This document shows, piece after piece, positions 33,289 through 44,256 of a stretch of DNA of 64,000 nt; position 1 is the first letter of the stretch, and every line of letters begins with the position of its first letter. A program made the position numbers and the translations under genes. A model generated the notes under the pieces. The model was not told where the DNA came from. It searched no databases and saw nothing but the letters and a program-made list of their open reading frames with translations. The stretch comes from Nitrospirota bacterium. GTDB taxonomy: Bacteria; Nitrospirota; UBA9217. The stretch is from contig CAVUHW010000020.1 of the NCBI GenBank assembly GCA_963741205.1, positions 1 through 64,000 of the forward strand, written 5' to 3'.

Positions 33289-34847
33289 GGATCGGCAACC
33301 TCACCGTAAAAGTCGTTCCGTGCCCCACGGCGCTTTCGACCTGGATATCACCGCCGTGTTTTTTAATGATACCATAGCTCACGGCCAGGCCGAGCCCCGT
33401 GCCCTTGAATGCGTCCTTGGTGGTAAAGAAGGGGTCGAAGATCTTGTGGATGTGTTCTTCCGGTATCCCCTGGCCGGTATCGGAAAAGACGATCTCGACC
33501 GCGTCTCCGTTCAGTCGCGTAGCGACCTCGATCCTGCCCGGCGGCGATATGGCGTGGATGGCGTTCAGGAGCATGTTCATGACCACCTGTCCGATCTGGG
33601 CGGGGTCCGCCTGAACGTCGGGAAGGTTGTCGCCGAGCATCAGCGAAAGCTCGATGCCCTTGAAGGCGTCCTGCGCTTCGAGCGAGTCCGGCGATCTCGG
33701 AGACCGGCTGATTGATATTGATCTTCTCCGGCTTGATGACGATCTCGCGTCCGAAGTTCAGGAGCTGGCGCACGATGTTCCGAGCCCGGTTCGTCTCGCG
33801 CGCCATGAGTTTCAGTTTCTCGTGGCGCGGGTCGCTGGGGGGGCACTGCTCCAGCATGAGATTCGAGAAGGTCAGAACCGAGGTCAGCGGATTGTTGATC
33901 TCGTGGGCGATCCCGGCAGCGAGTTTGCCCACGGATGCAAGCTTTTCCGCCTCCACGAGTTGGGCCTGTTTCTCTCTGCAGCATCTCGATCGAATGTTCC
34001 AGCGACTGAGCGCGTTTTTAAGCTTTTCCTCCATCAGGTTGAACGACGCCTCGAGGGAAGAGAGCTCGTCCTGTCCCTTCACCTCGATGTGTTCCGAGAA
34101 GTCGCCCTGGGCGATCTTCTTGGTGATATTTTCAAGCGTCCGGATCGGCGTTGCGATGCTGGTGGCGAGCTTGATGTTGATGATGAAGCCGAGGACCACG
34201 ACCAGCACCAGCGCAAGAACAAGCAGGTTGATCGACATCTTGATCATCGTGGCGATATCGGCCCGCTCTCTCTTCGAGAGGTTCTGGGTAAAGGACTGGA
34301 TCTCCCGGGCGGTGAGGCGCAATTTTTCTATGGCCTCTTTTTCCCCCTCATAGAGGTGATACATCCTGCCAAACAATTTTTCGTAATTTTTGATCTCGGG
34401 ACGGGCGAGGCGGGGCGGGCCGCCCGACAGCCTTCGTTCCACGGTCCTGCCCTGTTTCTGGACGAGTTTTTCCAGCTCTGCCTGGGAGGAGAAGTTTTCA
34501 TAAATGTTCTCGATCAGACGCTCGTACGTGACGATGGCCGACTTCATCATGGTATAGTTGTCGCTGCCGATCTCGCGGACGATCTCCGTCTGGATGGCGT
34601 CGATGTTTTTTTTCAGGGTGTCGAGGTATTTCTGCAGCTCCTCGTAACTTTCCCGGTCCTTGAACAGGAGAAAGTTTTTTTCGTAACGCCGCACTTCAAG
34701 GATGGTGTTGGTGATGTCATCCGTCGTCTCGACAAGGGTGAGCCGCGTGCTGATCGTGCGGAGTTCTTTGTAGGCGAAGAAACCGAGAATGACCGCGAGA
34801 AAAATGTAGAGGCCGAAACCCAGGAAAAGTTTGTCCCGTATTTTCAT
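33281..34847 (-). CDS. Membrane sensor histidine kinase with HAMP domain (frameshifted)
   Basis: Two TM helices, [36 protein letters not shown]. Confidence 0.93.
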
Positions 34848-34891
34848 GATAATCGTGCGGTCCGGCGTGCCCTTCGTAGTGACAATATATG

Positions 34892-34917
34892 AGGGGCGGA
34901 CCGCGAGGTCCGCCCCT
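34892..34917. terminator. GC-rich hairpin between the transporter genes and the kinase
   Basis: AGGGGCGGACC/GGTCCGCCCCT perfect stem; U-tail weak. Confidence 0.5.
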
Positions 34918-35010
34918 TTGTCCGCGCATCTTTCACGCGCTTACCTTACCATATTTTCTCACGCCGTGCAAAGATAATAATTTCTTTCGGCGCGCCGTCC
35001 GCAGCACTCG

Positions 35011-35749
35011 CTACGCCTCCTTCTTTACCTTTGCCTTCTTCATGGTCAGGCCGAAACCCTCGAACAGGTAGAAAATGGCGTACCCCCACCACATCGTGTA
35101 AAATACGTAGAAGACGAGCAGGCCCGACAGCATGCCGGCGTGGTCGACCACCTTGTTGTGAATCGATCTGGTAGAAGTTGTAGGCCGGTTCGACCGCCTT
35201 CTTGACGACGGCGTTTACCATCTGCGATTCGTTGATCCTCTTTTCCTTGTCGAATTCCTTGTTGATGCGGGAGAGGCCGTTATGCCACTGCCGGAACATC
35301 TTCTTTTCATCGTCCGTGCCGTAGCGGGCCTTGATTCTTTCGCCGTCGTTCTTGAACATGGCGTCGGAGTCCTGGAGCGCCGAGGCGAGCACCTGCCCGA
35401 GATCTCCCTCGATCTTCATGCTGGCTCCGCTTATGGCCACCTTTGCTCCGGCCGTGGTGAAGACCTTCGCGATGTTCGAAGCGCGCTTTTCGGCATCTCC
35501 GGGCTTGTCCTCCGGTTTGTCCGTCTTAATGGTCACGGAAAACGGCTTGCCCATGAACTGTTCGTTGCTTTTGGCGACCTTCGGAATGAAGTAGGATGAA
35601 CCTTTCGCGAGCTTATTGAAACTATCGTCCGCGAATTCGAGGCCGTTTTTCCCCTGGAAGAGCGGAGAAAATATCGCGATCAGGACCCCGATGAACGTGA
35701 TGGCGAACAGCGCGCCGACATTGAATATTTTTACATTTTTGATCAGCAT
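35011..35749 (-). CDS. Hypothetical membrane protein partnered with the TauE/SafE transporter (frameshifted)
   Basis: N-terminal TM, LAKGSSYFIP, VEPAYNFY; reconstructed C-terminal TM FYVFYTMWWGYAIFYLFEGFGL. Confidence 0.7.
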
Positions 35750-35750
35750 G

Positions 35751-37036
35751 TTATGCCTCCTCCTTTACCAGGACCGGCTGCGGTTTCTCATCCTCGCCCC
35801 TGAGTACGCCGATGTTCACGATGAATTTACTGATCACCCAGCCGGCGAAGACGACGACTACGATCCAGAATACGACGTTGCCGAAGGTCTCGATGCCTTT
35901 CACGATCGCGGGCGAAATATTTATGACCTCGAGCTCTACAAGCTTCTTTGGCAGGGTGGCCGCCCGGTTGATGAAGCCCGCCAGGATGGATACGGCATAG
36001 AAGCCGCGGATGTGGATGCCCTTCACGACCTTGGTCGTGAGCGCGCCGACCTGGATGCCGATGAGCGAACCGAGCAGCATGCCCATGGCAAGGGTGTAGA
36101 AGACGTACCCGTAGATGGCATACTGGCCGATGGCCGCGAGCCCCGCCGTAAAGATGATCTGGAGAATGTCGGTGCCGACCGTGGTCATGGAAGAAACGCC
36201 AAAAACATAGACGAACATGGGGAAGGTGACAAATCCGCCGCCCACGCCCATAATGGCCGCCATGACGCCGACGATAACGCCGCCCAGGGCCACGATCACG
36301 CCGGAGATCTTCCTCCCGCCCTGGCAGTAGTCCTCGTCAAAGCAGATCGCAGGCGGTATATTGATTTTCTGGACTTTTTTGGAAAGCTCATTCATGCCCG
36401 ACGAGCCGCCGTGAGCATCGCCGCTGTCCTTTGCCTTCCGGGACTTCAGGAAGTCGGCAAGGGCGTAGAAGCCGAGGAAGCCGAGGAGGATAGCATACAC
36501 CAGGCTGATAAACGCCTCGGAGAGGAGCGGGTCACTTGTCATATAGCGCCTTGTTCATGCGCCCCGCCGATGAATGTGCCGCCCGCCGAGCCCACGAGGA
36601 ACGCGACCGCGAGCTTGACCGACACATTGCCGAGCTTTTTATGGACCGATGTTCCCATGATCGCCTTGGCGAAGATATGGAAGAGGTCGGTGCCCACGGC
36701 GAGGATGCCCTTGACGCCTGCGGCCATCAGGGCCGGGGTGATGATGAACCCGCCTCCCGCGCCGATGCAGCCCGTGATCAGGCCGGCGCAGAGGCCGATC
36801 AGGATGGAAACGAGAAAGATGTTGGTCGAGTAGAAGGCCGGCGCGTAGGCGGTCTTGCTGCCGATCATATCGGTTGCCTCGGCCAGCATCACGAGCGCGA
36901 TCGGCAGAAGCGCGGCAAGCAGGATCAGCCACTTTTTCCTGTTCTTGATGATGCTCATCGAGACCTCATAATCCCACCTCGCGTGGGCCTCGGACGACAA
37001 CTTCAGAAATTCAAAAACCTTTCGCGCGACGTTCAT
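35751..37036 (-). CDS. TauE/SafE (TSUP) family transporter (frameshifted)
   Basis: GLITGCIGAGGGFIITPAL, AVGTDLFH, IMGVGGGF, VGTDILQI. Confidence 0.9.
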
Positions 37037-37186
37037 AATATCCTCCTTCTAATCTGGATTCGGATTGTCTTTGTTGCCGCAGGTTACGCAGAGAATGCTT
37101 TTCAGGTGAGTTCAGGGAACGCCTGCTCATTCCGTATCGTGACGTCTGCGCCCTCTGCGGGGAAAACCGTTCCGCATGGTCTTGTC

Positions 37187-37945
37187 TTATCTAATGCGTT
37201 CGAATTCGGTCTGGATCTTATATTGCCTCCCGCTGCCGAGAATCTGTGTATAGGCGATGGGGCTTAAGTCGGAGCCGATCAACAGTCGGTGGAGCAGAAG
37301 CGCAGGCGCCCCTTCCCGGACCTTGAGCAGCAATGCGGCCTCGCCCCGCACCTCCGAAACTTCTATGGTCTGTACGACCTTGAATATTTTTCTTTCGCCC
37401 TTCTCCTGGATCAGATCGTAAAAGGATTTTTGACATAAGTCCTCGCCGTCGATGTCGGGAAAGACTGTCAGCTTCATGTAGGACTCTTCAAGATATGCCG
37501 GTTCTCCGTTCACGACGCCTTTACAGAGGATATAGTAGAGATCGTCGTCTTCGTCGTTGTTTCCGGACACATTGAGCACGGTCTTCATTTCTTCCGACGG
37601 TTGCTTCAACCCTTTTGAAATCACTTCCTTACTCGCCTTCACCCCCTCTCCGAACATGTCTTCCGTCAACCTTGTTTTCATCGCGATGCCGAGGTCGGGC
37701 ATTGAGGCGGTAACGAACGTGCCCTTGCCCTGCTGTTTTTTCAAATAGCCCTTTCGAACAAGGTCTGTGATGGCCATGCGCACAGTTGCCTTGCTCACAT
37801 CGTAGCTCTTGCACAGTTCATCTTCCGTCGGGATCTGGGACCCGTTCGGCCAATCCCGATTATCGATCTTCCCTTTGATGATCGAATATATCTGAACGTA
37901 AAGTTTTTGCTGACTGTCCCGGTCTACTGTTTGTTCGATCCACAT
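37187..37945 (-). CDS. GntR (HutC/UTRA) family regulator
   Basis: LYVQI, IPTEDELCKSYDVSKATVRMAI, QGKGTFV, UTRA C-domain. Confidence 0.92.
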   Translation of the reverse strand: MWIEQTVDRDSQQKLYVQIYSIIKGKIDNRDWPNGSQIPTEDELCKSYDVSKATVRMAITDLVRKGYLKKQQGKGTFVTASMPDLGIAMKTRLTEDMFGEGVKASKEVISKGLKQPSEEMKTVLNVSGNNDEDDDLYYILCKGVVNGEPAYLEESYMKLTVFPDIDGEDLCQKSFYDLIQEKGERKIFKVVQTIEVSEVRGEAALLLKVREGAPALLLHRLLIGSDLSPIAYTQILGSGRQYKIQTEFERIR

Positions 37946-38124
37946 ATTTTTAGTTCGACCTGTCTTTATAATGTTTTTTTTTGTTCAAATTTTTTTCAGC
38001 CGTTATTGCGAGAGCCCCTGTGCGGTTCCGCGAGATGCACTCCGTAATGGGCAAATTCGCCTTTGGTCACGGCTGAAAAAACGAGATTACTTCGCTTCGC
38101 CCTCAATGGCATTAATGGCTGACA

Positions 38125-38298
38125 TTATTTATGGGCATTTTCGAGGACGCTCTTTGCTAATCCCTTCAGCAGTTCTTCCTGGTCCTCCTGGGCATTCGGA
38201 TTCTCACCCGAAAGCTTGATAGCCTCATCGTATTCCCCTGCTTCCGCGAACGTTATGGCAACCATGAGATCTTCGAACTTTTTTATGAGCTTGTTCAT
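38125..38298 (-). CDS. Small FAEAGE-motif protein (57 aa), below the ORF-track cutoff
   Basis: GGAGG RBS; MNKLIKKFEDLMVAITFAEAGEYDEAIKLSGENPNAQEDQEELLKGLAKSVLENAHK. Confidence 0.8.
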   Translation of the reverse strand: MNKLIKKFEDLMVAITFAEAGEYDEAIKLSGENPNAQEDQEELLKGLAKSVLENAHK

Positions 38299-38331
38299 GA
38301 TATCCTCCGTTCGTACTTTACTTATTACATT

Positions 38332-38346
38332 ACAAGTTAGATGCCA
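38332..38346 (-). promoter_or_regulatory. Sigma54 promoter
   Basis: TGGCATCTAACTTGT on the minus strand (TTGT variant of -12). Confidence 0.65.
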
Positions 38347-38396
38347 ATATACAAGGCATTGAATAATTGATAATTAAATACGATTAACTTAGTACG

Positions 38397-38471
38397 GTGC
38401 AATTTTTTATTGCACTTAAAAACAAAAAAACCACGCTCTAGCGTGGCCATTGGTGCAACTATATAATTGCA
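38397..38471. promoter_or_regulatory. Tandem TGCA-type enhancer-like sites
   Basis: GTGCAATTTTTTATTGCAC (38397-38415) and GTGCAACTATATAATTGCA (38453-38471). Confidence 0.65.
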
Positions 38472-39785
38472 TTAAATATAGTTATGTTGCTATTTTGTAT
38501 TGCTTTGATTTTTCTCTGCAGCTGCTGGCGGTAGATGCCGAGGGCAGATGCCGCGCGGGATATGTTGCCGCCGTGGTCGAGGAGAGCGTTGATTATGGTT
38601 TCCTTTTCGTATGCCGTGAGGACCTCTTTGAGGTGCGTGGTAGCTTGACGTGGTTTGACGGGCGAATCCAGAAGAGACGCAGGCAAGTCAACGGGAAGAA
38701 GCTCGGAAGAGTTCGCAAACGATATTGCCCGTTCGATGATGTTTTCCAGTTCCCTGTATGTTCCCGGGATAGGAATGGTTCAAAAGAATGTTTATGGCGT
38801 CGGTGGAGATCTCCTTGATCAGGATGTCCTTTCTCTTCGGCGCGTGCTCGCGGATAAAATGCTTTACCAGAAAAGGTACGTCCTCCATGCGCTCCCGAAG
38901 CGGCGGAAGATGAATGTTGATCACGTTCAGGCGGTAGTAGAGGTCTTCCCGGAACGTGCCGTGCTTGCAGGCGGCATTCAGATCCCGGTTCGTCGCGGTA
39001 ATGAAGCGCAGGTCGACCTTGAGCTGGCGCATGCCGCCGATCCGCATGATCTCGCCCTCCTGGAGCACGCGCAGGATCTTGGTCTGAAACAGCGGTGAGA
39101 CGTCGCCGATCTCATCGAAAAAAACGGTGCCGCCGTCGGACAGTTCGAGGAGGCCTTTTTTCATGTACTGCGCGCCGGTGAAAGCCCCCTTCTCGAAGCC
39201 GAAGAGCTCGGACTCGAGCAGGGTGTCGGGGATGGCGCTGCAATTGATGGTCATGAACGACTGTTCGCTCCGCGGGCTCCAGCGATGGATCGCCCGCGCG
39301 ATGAGCTCCTTGCCCGTGCCGCTCTCACCGGTGATGAGCACGTTGCTCTCGCTCATCGCGGCCTTCTTGATGAGACCGAAAATGTGCTGCATGGCGGGGC
39401 TCGTTCCGATGATCTCGTCGAAACCGTATTTCTGGTTGAGGATATTTTTCTTATGCCGTTCCAATGCTTCGCTGAGGGTTTCTCCGGTGAGCGGTTTTTC
39501 CAGGTAGTCGGCAGCCCCCAGCTTCAAGGCTTCCACGGCCTTTTTCAGGTCGGAACGGAAAAGGCTATGACCGGCATGCGGTGACGTATGTCGAGGAGCC
39601 GGTCCTGCCAGTTTGCCGAATCGAGGTCAAGAAAGGCGAGATCGTAGGAACTCTCTGCGGGTGCCTTCTGGTCGGTCACAGGGGTCTGCTGCTTCAGATC
39701 CAGCGATGTCAGGCGAAAATCCCGCTGTTTTGAACAGCGCGTAAAGCTCTTTTGCTTCATCGGATATGATGAGGATGTTAAGCAT
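38459..39785 (-). CDS. Sigma54 enhancer-binding protein with atypical receiver domain (frameshifted)
   Basis: MLNILIISDE..., AFLDLD, DYLEKP, GESGTGKE, intact GAFTGA, FREDLYYRLNV, Fis HTH GGNISRAASALGI. Confidence 0.9.
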
Positions 39786-39804
39786 AAGTTCAAAACCCTT
39801 GTAC

Positions 39805-39922
39805 CGTCATTCCGCCTCCACCCGGCGTTTACGAGTGGCGACGTGAGTGCGGGGTGGGTTTACCCCGGAATCCAGCGGTATTTCCGGAAAGGACCCAGGT
39901 TCCTACTTCCGCAGATATGACG
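39805..39922. repeat. CGTC-type REP-like palindrome
   Basis: CGTCAT...ATGACG termini; ATTCCG...CGGAATCCAG internal stem. Confidence 0.55.
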
Positions 39923-39957
39923 AACCATGCGGCTTTACTGATGTCTACTTCATGGCA

Positions 39958-40856
39958 CTATGCGCGTACCTTCACTACCAGCACCGGGCAGGACGCGAGC
40001 ACAATCACCCGTTCCACAACGCTGCCCATGAGGAGCCTTTCCATGCCTGATCTGCCGTGGCTCCCGAGCACGATAAGATCTGCGTTTTTTTCCTGGGCGG
40101 TTTGGATGATTGCATCGGAGGGTTTGCCGCTCAGGACAAAGGCCTTCACCGCGACACCTTCATTTTGCGCGGCCTCCTTCACCACCCTGACATTTTTCTC
40201 GGCCTCATGCATCTCTTTTTCGGCGATAAGCTCCCGCTGACTAACGGTGAAATCGATGTCTACGGGCGTCATAAGCTCCGATGGAACCACGGCAAGCGCC
40301 GTCAGAGCGCTCCCGTTCCGCTTCGCGAGGCCGATGGCCTCGGACGCGGCGGCAATCGAGTATTTCGAACCGTCCGTCGCGACCACGATGTTCTTGAATT
40401 CCAATTGCGCGGTCTTCGGCACGACGAGCACATTGCAGGGCGCATGTCCGATCACCCGCGCGGTGACGCTCCCCATCATAAGCCGCTTCAAACCGGTCCG
40501 TCCCCTGCCTTCCCATGACGATCATGGTGATTTTATTCTTCACTGCTTCGTCAACGATATACTTATATGAATCCTCACCTTCACGAATGGCGGTATCGCA
40601 GTCGACGCCTTCTTTCTTTGCTCGGGCCTGCACTGCGTCAAGGTACTGCCAAGCTTCTTTTTCCTTGCTTTTCCACGATCTGAGGCGCGAGCGCGACAAG
40701 TTCCGGGTTGGTGTCGATTACGGACAGAACCGTCAACTTGCTTCCGCATTTTTTCGCGAGTTTGATCGCCTCGCGCACGGCCCCTTCGCTGTATTCAGAG
40801 CCGTCTGTAGAGAGGAGTATTTTTTCAATTCCTACCGTAGGACAGATTTCCGCCAT
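39958..40856 (-). CDS. Tandem-domain universal stress protein (frameshifted)
   Basis: KILLSTDGSEYS, LMMGSVTARVIGHAPC, IVLGSHGRSGMERLLMGSV. Confidence 0.93.
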
Positions 40857-41140
40857 GCAATTACCCTCCTGTGTTTAATCAGCCCTTGAAAAAGGCCGTC
40901 GTATAGGAATTATCCTTGTTCGGTATGTCAAGAAGCGCGGCAACGGGCATCCGCGCAAAATACAATAAAATTAAAGCATTATCATGGGTAATTATGTTGC
41001 ACCTTGCAATATCTTTACTCATGATAGTATCTCTCAGGCTATCTGTCAACAAATTATCTTGAAGCTTCAGCGGTATAGGCGCCTGTGAAAATATCCGGGT
41101 TGCTTCCATCTATTGCCCGAATGAGGCTACCACGATTCTC

Positions 41141-41545
41141 TCATGATAGACCATGGTCGTTAAAGTACTTGCTATATGCTTTGTCAATCACCTTAATGTG
41201 GTGCGCCAGCCAATCCTTCAAAAGCGTAGTGATCTCAAAAGAGACGACAAGCTTCCCTTGGTTAATTCTGTTCCTGACATCAAGCACTTTCTCGGTGAAC
41301 TGCCTATGCATTTCTTTGTGGTTTGCGGTGTCAGGATAAGCAAATTTATCGAAGTACTTTTCCTCGGTCGTAAAATGGTAATTCGTGTATTCCACGAGCG
41401 AATCGAGAAGCGTCCTTAACGCCTTTCCAGAGTCTTTGCCGACATGATCATAGAAGTCGTTTATCATTCCCATCAACTTCTGGTGCTGCAAGTCTATCTC
41501 TCGAACATTTACACTGAAGCTGTCATCCCACGACATGAACGCCAT
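41141..41545 (-). CDS. Bacteriohemerythrin
   Basis: WDDSFSV, IDLQHQKL, YHFTTEE, HKEMH, WLAHHIKVID. Confidence 0.95.
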   Translation of the reverse strand: MAFMSWDDSFSVNVREIDLQHQKLMGMINDFYDHVGKDSGKALRTLLDSLVEYTNYHFTTEEKYFDKFAYPDTANHKEMHRQFTEKVLDVRNRINQGKLVVSFEITTLLKDWLAHHIKVIDKAYSKYFNDHGLS

Positions 41546-42059
41546 ATTGCACCTCCTGTATATGCCACGTATTTAAAACCCTTCATTTTTCGTACCGGAC
41601 GTTCGGAATAAAATGTCGAACCATGTTCCCGGCGGTGTTTCAATCGAGCGCAAACGAGCCTGTCTTTGAGACTCCCGCCGCGCCGGTAGACGCTGACAAC
41701 AATCCCCGTGCTTGTGGTGTTTGATCTTACAAGTTTTTGTCTGCTTCACAATATTATAATATATCGAGCATAGAGACGGACCTTATCATGATTTTTTTTA
41801 GGGTCACTTAATTTGAAAAAAGATCTTGACGATGAAATTTTATTTATCATATACTTACCAAATTCTAAAACCGTTCTCAACCAGCACCAGATCGCCGGTT
41901 CCCCGCAGAGAAGATGTTTATGAAGAGAAATAGAAGGAAGATCGCCACACCTTCGCCCCTCAATGACGGGCTTGGTGCGGTGCTCGCAAAGAGGGCTAAA
42001 AAACAGCTTCAGCAACCTGTTAGATAACTACCTTTGCTGATGAGAAGAGAGGCGACGAA

Positions 42060-42903
42060 GTGCCCTATTACGAATTCACTATAACGATTGCGGACCGGTT
42101 CAAGGATCGCTTGATCAAAAAGCTCATGGACTCGGGCTGCCTGGGTGTGATCGATCAGGATGATTCTTTCATCGCCTATTTTCCGGAGACCGTAGACATC
42201 AAGACGATTGAAAGTGAACTCTCTCTCATTAAGGCCCTCCTCGGGACTTCAAGCGCGGGTCCCGAGCTATCGTTTACCAGCAGGCTGATCCCGGATCAGG
42301 ACTGGAATGAGTCGTGGAAAAAAGGGTTTCATGCAATCGACGTAGGAGAGCGCTTCACGATCCGTCCCCCTTGGGAGGATGAAAGAAAAGACCGCATCAA
42401 CCTGGTGATCGATCCGGCCATGGCATTCGGCACCGGGCATCATGAAACAACGAGGTCCTGTCTGGTACTCATGGAAAAGTATGCCGGAAACAGCGGAACG
42501 AAAAGCTTTCTCGACGTCGGGCACCGGTACAGGGATCCTCGCCATTGCGGCATTAAAGCTCGGATTTAGACGGGTGGTCGCCGTTGACACGGACATCCTG
42601 GCGGTTGATGCTGCGCGGACGAACAGCCGGCTGAACAATGCGTCGGATATGGAAATCCGGGAAGGAAGCGTCGCGGACCTGAACGAAGCCTTTGATGTTA
42701 TCGCGGCAAATCTCATATCCGGCGTTCTCGTTCTTTTAGCCCCTGCAATTGCGTCGCACCTTAAGAAATCGGGCGTGGCCATTCTCTCCGGCATCCTGAC
42801 CGGCCAGGACGATGAGGTCGCCGAATCCATGTTGCGGGAGGGGCTTTCTCTTCTTGAGCGGTACCCTGACGGGAAATGGACGTCGCTTGTCGTAGGAAAA
42901 TAA
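42060..42903 (+). CDS. prmA: Ribosomal protein L11 methyltransferase (frameshifted)
   Basis: DWNESWK, IDPAMAFGTGHHETT, LDVG/GTGILAIAA, IAANL, ILSGIL. Confidence 0.93.
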
Positions 42904-43046
42904 ACAGCCTTGTGCGTGGTTCATTCGTATCCTCTCTCCGCACTGCTTCTTCACCTGTATGATCCCCCTTCTCAGGTCGGTCTGTACGCACGTGATTTCG
43001 CTGTAAAGATAGAAGTGTAACCCCCTCCATTGGCACAACATTTCCT

Positions 43047-43089
43047 TATGATGTGAATCATGGTATCCCTGACCGCATCCTGATAAAAT
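43047..43089 (+). promoter_or_regulatory. CRP/FNR-type box with class II promoter (cupin)
   Basis: TATGA-TGTGAA-TCATG centred 29.5 bp before TAAAAT (about -41.5). Confidence 0.6.
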
Positions 43090-43136
43090 TCTGCCATACT
43101 TGCCAGGCGTCGTTAATCTCTTCCGAGGAGGAAACC

Positions 43137-43451
43137 ATGGAAATACTCGATCTCAAGAAGCTCATCAAATTCAGTCCCGACAGGATCTCGCGCGAAATGC
43201 TCTCCGACAAGCCGGAAATGCGGGTCGCCCTCATGTGTCTCGAAGCGGGTCAGAAGCTCGATCCCCACAAGGCGCCGCTGCGGCTCATGATGTACTGCGT
43301 CCAGGGCAAAGGCACCTTCTCGGTCGGCGACGAGAAGATCGAAGCCGGCGAGAAGACCTGCATCCTCTGCGAGCCGAACGTCCCACATGGTTTCGCCGCG
43401 GACAAAGGCGAGAAGCTCGTGGTCATGGCGATCGTCACACCGGTGGAGTAG
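43137..43451 (+). CDS. Cupin domain protein
   Basis: GAGGAGG RBS; LEAGQKLDPH, CVQGKG, PNVPHGF. Confidence 0.88.
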   Translation: MEILDLKKLIKFSPDRISREMLSDKPEMRVALMCLEAGQKLDPHKAPLRLMMYCVQGKGTFSVGDEKIEAGEKTCILCEPNVPHGFAADKGEKLVVMAIVTPVE

Positions 43452-43482
43452 TCTAGTCCCGTTGCACATTTCTTTAGCACCT

Positions 43483-43498
43483 TATGACACATATCATA
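43483..43498. promoter_or_regulatory. CRP/FNR-type box upstream of norC
   Basis: Palindrome TATGA-CACATA-TCATA. Confidence 0.65.
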
Positions 43499-43568
43499 TT
43501 CAAATCGCTGCTAAACTTTGTTATGTTTGCCTCACGCGGGAATTCAATATCTTTTTAAGGAGGTGCAT

Positions 43569-44256
43569 ATGAGCAACAAGGCAGCAAGGAATCTCTTTAT
43601 CATCGGCAGTCTCATCTTTTTCGGGATATTTCTTGCGCTCACGTTCGACACGCTCGGACAACTCGACAAGAGGGCGCCGGAAATCACTCCCGATGTGGAC
43701 GCCGGCAAGATGGTCTGGCACAAGTATGATTGCATCGGATGCCACACCATCTTCGGGAACGGTTCGTACTTTGCCCCGGACATGACCAAGGTCGCGGAGC
43801 GAAAGCCCAAGGGGTACCTCAAGAAGTTCATGATGGACCCCAAGGCCGTGAAGGCGTACGCCGCCATGCCGACCCTCGGCATCACGTCGGATGAGGCGGA
43901 CAAGCTGATCGCGTTCTTCGAGTGGATCGACAAGGTAGACACGAACGGCTGGCCGCCGAAGCCCATTCTGGCGACCGCCGCAGGGGTCGGAGGAAAAGAG
44001 CTTACCGCCGGACAGCAGGTCTATCGGTCACAGGGATGTCATGAATGCCACACCATCAACGGGATCGGCGGCACGTCGGGACCGGACCTCACGAAGGTCG
44101 GGAGCCAGGCATGACAGGGAATGGTTCATCGGCCACTTCAAGGACCCGCAAAAGTTCGTTAAGAATTCGGCCATGCCGCCCGTCACGGCATCGGACGCGG
44201 AGATCGAGCAACTGACCGCCTACATGCTGACGCTCAAGGAGGAGGTGACAAAATGA
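43569..44256 (+). CDS. norC: Nitric oxide reductase cytochrome c subunit with an extra c-haem domain (frameshift ~44110)
   Basis: AARNLFIIGS TM, CIGCHTIFGNGSYFAPD, WIDKVDTNGWPP; second haem CHECH...GPDLT...SAMPP. Confidence 0.88.

Noticed and set aside
43031-43046. TGGCAC-N5-TTCC as a sigma54 promoter for the cupin gene
   Set aside because: The -12 GC is missing, and a CRP-type class II sigma70 promoter explains the region better.
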